Source of the DNA: Eubacteriales bacterium
GTDB taxonomy: Bacteria; Bacillota; Clostridia; Oscillospirales; CAG-272
NCBI GenBank assembly: GCA_045534135.1
Contig: JAZSJE010000135.1
Location: 1-30,211 of the forward strand
DNA: 30,211 bases
Direction: 5' to 3'
Made by a program: the position numbers and the translations under genes. Below, piece after piece: positions 24,689 through 30,211 of the stretch. The number at the start of each line of letters is the position of its first letter. Within the stretch, counting starts at the first letter, position 1. The notes under the pieces are model-generated. The model was not told where the DNA came from. It saw only the letters and a program-made list of their open reading frames with translations, and ran no database searches.

Positions 24689-25840
24689 ATGAAAATAGAA
24701 AAAATAGGGGTCTTTTTGCTTTCTGTTTGCTTGGCTTTTGCGATGATGGGCTTTAGCGCCTTTGCGCGGGAAGATGATCTTGAAGCATCTATCCCCGAGG
24801 ATGAGTGGGAGGGGTTTCGGGATTCCTTGCCGTCTGACGTGACGGACAGGTTACCCGACGGCGCGCTCGATACGAGCGGAGGGCTTGCTGAGAGCGTGGC
24901 GGAAATGAGCACGGGAGAATATATCGTGTCTGTAGTGCTTGACGTGCTCGGAGTGGGGTTGTTTGAAGCCGCGAAGCTTTTTTTGGCGCTGCTTTGCGTT
25001 CTGGCGCTTTCGGCTGTTATGGGTACTGTGAGTGTGGGGCTTGAGAGCCAGGGTCTGTCCGGCGCTATGCGCTTTTGCTCATCGGCGGCTCTCATGTCGG
25101 TCGTAGTGTATACGCTCTACTCGCATTTCTCTTTGTTGGAGGATTTCTTTGGTAAGCTATGGACTATGGTCGGCGCTATGATACCTGTCACGTCGAGTAT
25201 ATGGGCTATGGGAGGAAATGTCAGCACTGCGGCTACGGGAAGCGCTTGGTTTTACGTGATGATTACCGTGTGCCAGACGCTTATGTCGGGTACGGTGATA
25301 CCCGTTTGCTGTGTGCTTTCGGTGCTTGGACTTTGCGACTCCTTTTCCGAGGAGGTAAAGGTGGGTCGGATAATGAGCGCGATAAAAAAGATATATAATT
25401 TTCTGCTCGGCTTTGTAATGACCGTGCTTCTGGCTTCTTTGGCGGCTCAGACGTCGCTCTCGGCTTCGGCTGACACGGTTGCGGCGAGAAGCGCGAGGCT
25501 GATGAGTGGCACTCTTATTCCCGTGGTGGGCGGAAGCGTCGGAGAAACCTTTAGAACACTTGCGGGTGGAGTATCTTATCTGAAAAACATTTTCGGCATC
25601 GGAGGGATAATCATGATAGCCTTGCTGGTGGTTCCTGTTTTGCTGACAGTACTGTTGACAAGATTTGTATTTATGCTTGCGGGTGGAGTAGCGGATATGA
25701 TCGGATGCTCAAATGAGGCGAGATTGCTTGAAAACCTCGGTGACGTGTACGGAACTATGCTTGGAGTGGTTGCCTGTGTATCGGTGATATTTATACTGGG
25801 GCTGTGCATGTTTATACAGACTGTTGTGGCGGTGGCGTGA
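24689..25840 (+). CDS. spoIIIAE: Stage III sporulation protein AE
   Basis: Signal peptide plus multiple TM helices; LIPVVGGSVGE, YLKNIFGIGGII and D-x-IG motifs. Confidence 0.88.
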   Translation: MKIEKIGVFLLSVCLAFAMMGFSAFAREDDLEASIPEDEWEGFRDSLPSDVTDRLPDGALDTSGGLAESVAEMSTGEYIVSVVLDVLGVGLFEAAKLFLALLCVLALSAVMGTVSVGLESQGLSGAMRFCSSAALMSVVVYTLYSHFSLLEDFFGKLWTMVGAMIPVTSSIWAMGGNVSTAATGSAWFYVMITVCQTLMSGTVIPVCCVLSVLGLCDSFSEEVKVGRIMSAIKKIYNFLLGFVMTVLLASLAAQTSLSASADTVAARSARLMSGTLIPVVGGSVGETFRTLAGGVSYLKNIFGIGGIIMIALLVVPVLLTVLLTRFVFMLAGGVADMIGCSNEARLLENLGDVYGTMLGVVACVSVIFILGLCMFIQTVVAVA

Positions 25841-26325
25841 TGAAAGAGTATTTTGTTGGTATCATAGCTATAACATTTCTGGGTGGGATCATGATAATGC
25901 TTTCTCCGCAAGGATATACAAAGCATTTGCGCTTGCTTTGCGGACTTTGCAGTGCCGCGCTTATCCTTCTTCCGCTGTTTTCCTTTGTAAGCGGTGGCGG
26001 AGGCGCTATAGAGGACATAGCGGATATATTTTCGCAGGAAGAATACCAAAAGGAATATTATGAGGAAATTTATAATGGCTCATTGCTCTTAAGTGAAAAA
26101 GAAAATGCGGAAAAAATACTTAAAGCTGAGATAAAACGTGCTGTTTCGACAAATAATGATAATTTTGACGTTAACATAGTTATAGATAAAAACAGTGATG
26201 AAATTTACATAAGGTCGGTAGAGATCATAATTCGGGCGTCGGGGGTAAGTATAGATCCAAGAAGTGTTGAAAAATACATAAAAGAAACGTTGGGCTGTGA
26301 ATGCGTAATAATATATGACCTTTAA
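25840..26325 (+). CDS. spoIIIAF: Stage III sporulation protein AF
   Basis: Coupled ATG overlapping the AE stop; L-x-P-x-G-Y-x-K-x-L-x-L-x-x-GL motif, two TM helices and a soluble domain. Confidence 0.78.
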   Translation: MKEYFVGIIAITFLGGIMIMLSPQGYTKHLRLLCGLCSAALILLPLFSFVSGGGGAIEDIADIFSQEEYQKEYYEEIYNGSLLLSEKENAEKILKAEIKRAVSTNNDNFDVNIVIDKNSDEIYIRSVEIIIRASGVSIDPRSVEKYIKETLGCECVIIYDL

Positions 26326-26383
26326 AAACAATTATTGAAAAATACAATAATTATATTAATACTCTTTTATTATAGGGGATATT

Positions 26384-26887
26384 ATGGAAAAAGAAGCGGC
26401 AAAAAATACAATTATTAAAAATATAATGTCTAAAAAAATATTTTTTATACTTTTGTTGGCTGTGTGTGGAATTTTGCTTATGACACTTGCCGGAGGCGAG
26501 AGAGATAGCACTGAAGGTGAGCTTAACGTCAGCAAACTTGATCCGGGGCAGTACGCAAAAGAGGTAGAGGAGCGCGTCGAGGAGCTTTGCAACAGGATAG
26601 ATGGGGTAAGCTCTACCTATGCGGTCGTAACTCTTAAGGGAGGTTATCGAGCTATATATGCCTCGGACTTTCAGTCGGGCAGCAGCAATTTAAAAAATCA
26701 GACTGTCATAATCGGTAGCGGATCTGCCGAGCAGGGCTTGCTTGTGGGCTATGAAAACCCCGAGATATCGGGCATTGGCATAGTCTGCTCGGGTGGGGAC
26801 GATTTCAACATAAGGAAAAATATAATTTCCGTGATCTCCTCGGCGTTTAACGTGAGCAGCAACAAAATTTTTGTGGCGGGCAGCTGA
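26384..26887 (+). CDS. spoIIIAG: Stage III sporulation protein AG
   Basis: TM helix, LE-like VEERVEEL-x-x-RIDGV, P-x-I-x-GIGIVC-x-GGD, V-x-S-x-F-x-V-x-SNKIFV. Confidence 0.85.
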   Translation: MEKEAAKNTIIKNIMSKKIFFILLLAVCGILLMTLAGGERDSTEGELNVSKLDPGQYAKEVEERVEELCNRIDGVSSTYAVVTLKGGYRAIYASDFQSGSSNLKNQTVIIGSGSAEQGLLVGYENPEISGIGIVCSGGDDFNIRKNIISVISSAFNVSSNKIFVAGS

Positions 26888-26890
26888 CGA

Positions 26891-26920
26891 GTCATATTAC
26901 CTTGCCGCTGTAAATATATA
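26891..26920 (+). promoter_or_regulatory. Candidate internal sigma-E-type promoter upstream of spoIIIAH
   Basis: GTCATA (26891-26896) - 16 nt - AATATATA in the AG-AH intergenic gap; the last -10 position is A rather than consensus T. Confidence 0.5.
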
Positions 26921-26958
26921 TGTAGCGTAGTAAAAAAGAAATTTCGGAGGAAACTGTT

Positions 26959-27528
26959 ATGAAAATCGAAAAATTGAAGGGAAAGATCTCCTCGTTTTGC
27001 CGCAAGGTTGGTAAAAAGAACATGATAATAGCCGCCTGCTTTGTGCTTGTCGCTTTTACGTTGGTTATGAGTATTTCCTTTTCTGACGGCTCGGAGGCTG
27101 GGTACGATTACAGCCAGGGTGTTGGAATGCAGCCTGAGAGCGACAAAAATCAGAATAATAATCAAAACCAGGAAAACGCGAAGGATACCTACTTTTCCAG
27201 TGTTCAGGTAAACCGTCAGCGCACCCGTGACGAGGCTTTGGAGGTCCTTCAGGGCGTTGTTGACAACGAGCAGTCGAGCGCGACAGCTAAGGAGGAGGCT
27301 CTTGCTGAGATCAACAAGCTCGCAAAGGTGATGGAGGCGGAATCTAACATAGAAACCCTGGTAATTGCTAAAGGCTTTTCTGAGTGCGTTGCTGTTATAA
27401 GTGACGATAGCGCAAACGTTGTGGTGAAAAGCGAGGGGTTGCAGGCGTCGCAAATAGCTCAGATCAACGAGATCGTTTATGAGCAGGCGGGAATTTTGCC
27501 CGTAAACATAAAAATAATCCAAAGATAA
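26959..27528 (+). CDS. spoIIIAH: Stage III sporulation protein AH
   Basis: YF-x-x-x-x-x-x-R-x-x-x-RD, E-x-NIETL-x-x-AKGF-x-x-CV, V-x-VVVK and QI-x-EIV motifs; last gene of the operon. Confidence 0.9.
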   Translation: MKIEKLKGKISSFCRKVGKKNMIIAACFVLVAFTLVMSISFSDGSEAGYDYSQGVGMQPESDKNQNNNQNQENAKDTYFSSVQVNRQRTRDEALEVLQGVVDNEQSSATAKEEALAEINKLAKVMEAESNIETLVIAKGFSECVAVISDDSANVVVKSEGLQASQIAQINEIVYEQAGILPVNIKIIQR

Positions 27529-27589
27529 TTCACCGCACCGCGTTTTTTTGAATATACTTTACTGCGGACCGCGTAGGAGGTATATTGAT

Positions 27590-28681
27590 ATGGGCAAGCA
27601 AGCAGAGAGAATAATAAAATGTGACAAAGAAAAGACGTTTTTTGCCGCCGCTAACAGTGCGGAAGGCTTTGTTAGCTTTTATGATGAAATTTTCGGTAAT
27701 GGGAGCATAGAGCGGAGATATCTTATAAAGGGTGGCCCCGGTACGGGAAAGAGCACTCTTATGAGAAGGATAGCGCAAGTGGCGGCTCTGAATGGAGCTG
27801 ACGTTGAATACTACCGTTGCTCCTCCGATCCTGATTCCTTGGACGGGATCCTTATTGAGGGGAGAGTGGCTTTAATAGATGCCACCTCTCCTCATTGCGT
27901 TGAGCCCGAGGTTGTGGGCGCTAGAGATGATATTATAAATCTCGGGGCTTTCTGGGACTCGAATGGACTTTCAAAGCACAGAGAAAGAATAATTCAGCTC
28001 TCGCGCGACAAAGGTGAGTGCTATAAAAGGGCGTATGAGCTTCTTTTGGCAAAAAGAGCGCTGCGACGTGATGCGAGAAGCCTTTTTGCTCCTTACTTTG
28101 ACTGCGAAAAAATGCAAAAATATGCCGCGGGAGTAGTAAAAAAGCTACCGAGGGGAAAAGGATTTTTGGCTAAAGTCGGTCTTTGCGGTGGAATAGGAAT
28201 GGCGGGTGGGGTTTATCTTGATACCTACGAGAAATGCTGCGAGAAGGTTTGCTTTGTCAAGAGCTTTTTCGGTGAGGGATCACGGCTGCTTTCGATGATA
28301 ATAGACGAGGCGCGCGCAAACGGAAATGCGTTAAGGGTATCGTATGACTATTTGGAGCCCGAGCTTCCCAACGCGGTTTACTTTGAGGATTGTAATCTCT
28401 CCTTTGTGCTTGCGCGCCAAAATAAGGATACCGAGGTGCCTAAATATATAAATATGAAGCGTTTTGCTGATTTATCTACCGTGAACGGAAAAAATTTGTC
28501 GGGTGAATATAGAGCAAGAGAGCGGATTTTGGAGCAGATATCGGATATGGCTGCCCAGAGGTTTATGGAGGCGGGAGAATATCATTTTGAGCTTGAAAAT
28601 ATATATAGTCGGCATATGGACTATGAAGAGCTTGACGGATTTTCGAAAGATCTTTGCAAAAAAATGTTGGATCAACTTTAA
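27590..28681 (+). CDS. Uncharacterised P-loop ATPase (PRK06851-like family)
   Basis: FAAANSAEGF-x-SFY, IKGGPGTGKST, CSSDPDSLD and DAT-x-PH motifs; start at ATG 27590 after AGGAGG (the track start 27548 has no RBS). Confidence 0.8.
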   Translation: MGKQAERIIKCDKEKTFFAAANSAEGFVSFYDEIFGNGSIERRYLIKGGPGTGKSTLMRRIAQVAALNGADVEYYRCSSDPDSLDGILIEGRVALIDATSPHCVEPEVVGARDDIINLGAFWDSNGLSKHRERIIQLSRDKGECYKRAYELLLAKRALRRDARSLFAPYFDCEKMQKYAAGVVKKLPRGKGFLAKVGLCGGIGMAGGVYLDTYEKCCEKVCFVKSFFGEGSRLLSMIIDEARANGNALRVSYDYLEPELPNAVYFEDCNLSFVLARQNKDTEVPKYINMKRFADLSTVNGKNLSGEYRARERILEQISDMAAQRFMEAGEYHFELENIYSRHMDYEELDGFSKDLCKKMLDQL

Positions 28682-28729
28682 AATCACAGATGCGAAGGAG
28701 GCGGATTTTGCCTCCTTATTTGTGATTTT
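28680..28729 (+). terminator. Probable terminator after the ATPase gene
   Basis: AAGGAGGC (28695-28702)/GCCTCCTT (28710-28717) stem nested in outer arms AAAATCAC/GTGATTTT; weak U-tract. Confidence 0.6.
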
Positions 28730-28825
28730 GCCAAATTTTTGAGTCAAAATGTATATAAATTGGGTTTAAAATTTGGAAAAAAAGACGATTTTTTAGTTTG
28801 GTTTGGATAAAACACACAATAAACC

Positions 28826-28854
28826 TTGACAAAACGAAGCTTATATTGTAAAAT
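28826..28854 (+). promoter_or_regulatory. Sigma-A-type promoter for the secreted protein gene
   Basis: TTGACA (28826-28831) - 17 nt - TAAAAT (28849-28854); RBS AAGGAG before 28920. Confidence 0.8.
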
Positions 28855-28919
28855 TAAGATGTGAGTTTGTCCGTGTTGTGCAGCGCGGATATCTAAAATA
28901 AATTGTAAGGAGAAAAAGT

Positions 28920-30149
28920 ATGAAAAAGACACTTTCAATTTTGTTGATCGTAGCAATGATTTTCACGCTTGTAGTTGTGGCTATTCCCGCAGGTGCAGCG
29001 GAAGGCTCGTCTACACCAACTCTTGATCCCAGCAAAGTGGGAAATACTGTGATTACTGATGCTAACAGAGAAGCGTATCAGGATAAACTTTTTGAGGAAG
29101 GATATATTCCTCTGGCAGATGCATTATGGCCCGAGTACACCGATAGATTCGGTGAGGGCAAGGTAAAGTTGTTTAACAGCATTTTTGAGGGCGGTGAGGA
29201 TATCGCTGACGGCGGCAAGTTCTTCCTTATTGAGGATGTTACAGCTGCTAAGACCTATAACAGTAGGGCTGTTCTCAGAAATGATGGCTCCTCTGAGCAT
29301 TGGGTAGATAATTTCACTCTTGACGGATGTGGATACTCTCTTACTATAAATGCTCCCTTGTTCCAGGTAAACAACAATACCACTATCAAGAACCTTACCT
29401 TCAAGGGAACTCTTGCGGAAACAGGTAATAAGTGCGGAAGCTTCGCGGCTATCAACATGTGGGAGAACCACGGCTTCGCTTACTTTGAGAACGTTACCTC
29501 CGAGCTTACGATAAATTCTAACAACAGAGCTACCCACCAGAGAATGGCTGCTCTCACCATCGCGGGTGAAAGCTGTACCTTTAAGAATGTAAAGGTAATT
29601 GGTGACCACACACTCAACGCTAACGGCGGTGTAATGGATAATATCGGTGCTATCGCAGGTGAGGTATGGGGCAATACCGTATTTGAGGATTGCTACGTTG
29701 GCGGTACTACCTACATCAACTCTACCAATACTTCCAGAATCAACGGTATCGGTGGCTTTGTAGGAACCGCAAGCGGAAAAGTTACCTTCAAGAACTGTGT
29801 AAACGACCGTAATATCGTGATCAGCCCCGAAACCGTTTTCGTAAGTACCAACGTTCTTTATGACGGTTGCGACAAGGACGGCGACGGTCAGCAGGATAAG
29901 GATACCAGAAACCAGGATCTCAGGATAGGCGGATTTGCAGGCGTAACTGCAGAGACCACGTTTGAGAACTGCGTAAACAACGGTGCCATTACCGTTGGTG
30001 GTAAGTTTGCTCTTGATCGCACAAGCTATAAGGTTAATGATGTTAACAAGATCCACATTGGTGGTCTTGCAGGCTCTATAAGTGGAGCTCTTACTATGAG
30101 CAACTGCGTAAACAACGCAGCTATCACCGTTTCTATTAACAATCTTTAA
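28920..30149 (+). CDS. Secreted/surface repeat protein (probable beta-helix, GLUG-like GG-x-x-G repeats); probably continues past the apparent stop
   Basis: Sec signal peptide (MKKTLSILL...PAGA/A); repeats IGAIAG..VFEDC, IGGFVG..TFKNCVN, IGGFAG..TFENCVNNGAITV, IGGLAG..MSNCVNNAAITV. Confidence 0.8.
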   Translation: MKKTLSILLIVAMIFTLVVVAIPAGAAEGSSTPTLDPSKVGNTVITDANREAYQDKLFEEGYIPLADALWPEYTDRFGEGKVKLFNSIFEGGEDIADGGKFFLIEDVTAAKTYNSRAVLRNDGSSEHWVDNFTLDGCGYSLTINAPLFQVNNNTTIKNLTFKGTLAETGNKCGSFAAINMWENHGFAYFENVTSELTINSNNRATHQRMAALTIAGESCTFKNVKVIGDHTLNANGGVMDNIGAIAGEVWGNTVFEDCYVGGTTYINSTNTSRINGIGGFVGTASGKVTFKNCVNDRNIVISPETVFVSTNVLYDGCDKDGDGQQDKDTRNQDLRIGGFAGVTAETTFENCVNNGAITVGGKFALDRTSYKVNDVNKIHIGGLAGSISGALTMSNCVNNAAITVSINNL

Positions 30150-30211
30150 CCCGCGGCGAGTCTACAGATACCGTAAGAAGGACAGAAGACTCCTCTTGAG
30201 GATGATCTTGC

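Noticed and set aside
28869-28888. Small hairpin (TCCGTGTT/AGCGCGGA) in the 5' UTR of the secreted protein gene as a riboswitch
   Set aside because: The UTR is only about 60 nt and has no recognisable aptamer motifs; at most it is a 5' stabilising stem.
1-30211. CRISPR arrays, rRNA, IS/transposase, prophage or defence genes
   Set aside because: I saw no regularly spaced repeats, rRNA signature sequences or mobile-element protein motifs on either strand.

Overview
Core-genome window (roughly 45-50% GC by eye) of an endospore-forming Clostridia bacterium; the taxonomy is inferred from the full spoIIIA operon, ytvI and sigma-E-type promoters. Left to right: (1) a leftward operon coaE - lytic transglycosylase - M18 aminopeptidase - prfA - sua5 - type IIA topoisomerase A subunit, truncated by the window edge; (2) a divergent catabolic operon: decayed eutH-like transporter remnant - GPH/SLC45-like MFS - membrane-anchored GDPD - GH92 alpha-1,2-mannosidase - nitrilase-superfamily/GDPD fusion - ribokinase; (3) rbfA-nrnA with its own promoter; (4) SPFH + Arc-like RHH pair; (5) cyclophilin lipoprotein, ytvI and tRNA-Gln(UUG); (6) YjjG-type HAD - murB - whiA; (7) a 628-aa unknown membrane-anchored protein; (8) spoIIIAA-AH; (9) a P-loop ATPase; (10) a secreted repeat protein whose apparent stop near the window end looks like two compensating indels. 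I found no CRISPR array, rRNA, integrase, transposase or prophage. The best candidate for an undescribed system is the 5.4-12.7 kb operon. Its enzymes together cover alpha-1,2-mannoside, phosphodiester and amide bonds, the combination found in GPI anchors and mannosyl-inositol-phosphoceramides. That substrate assignment is inference only, and no database searches were run.
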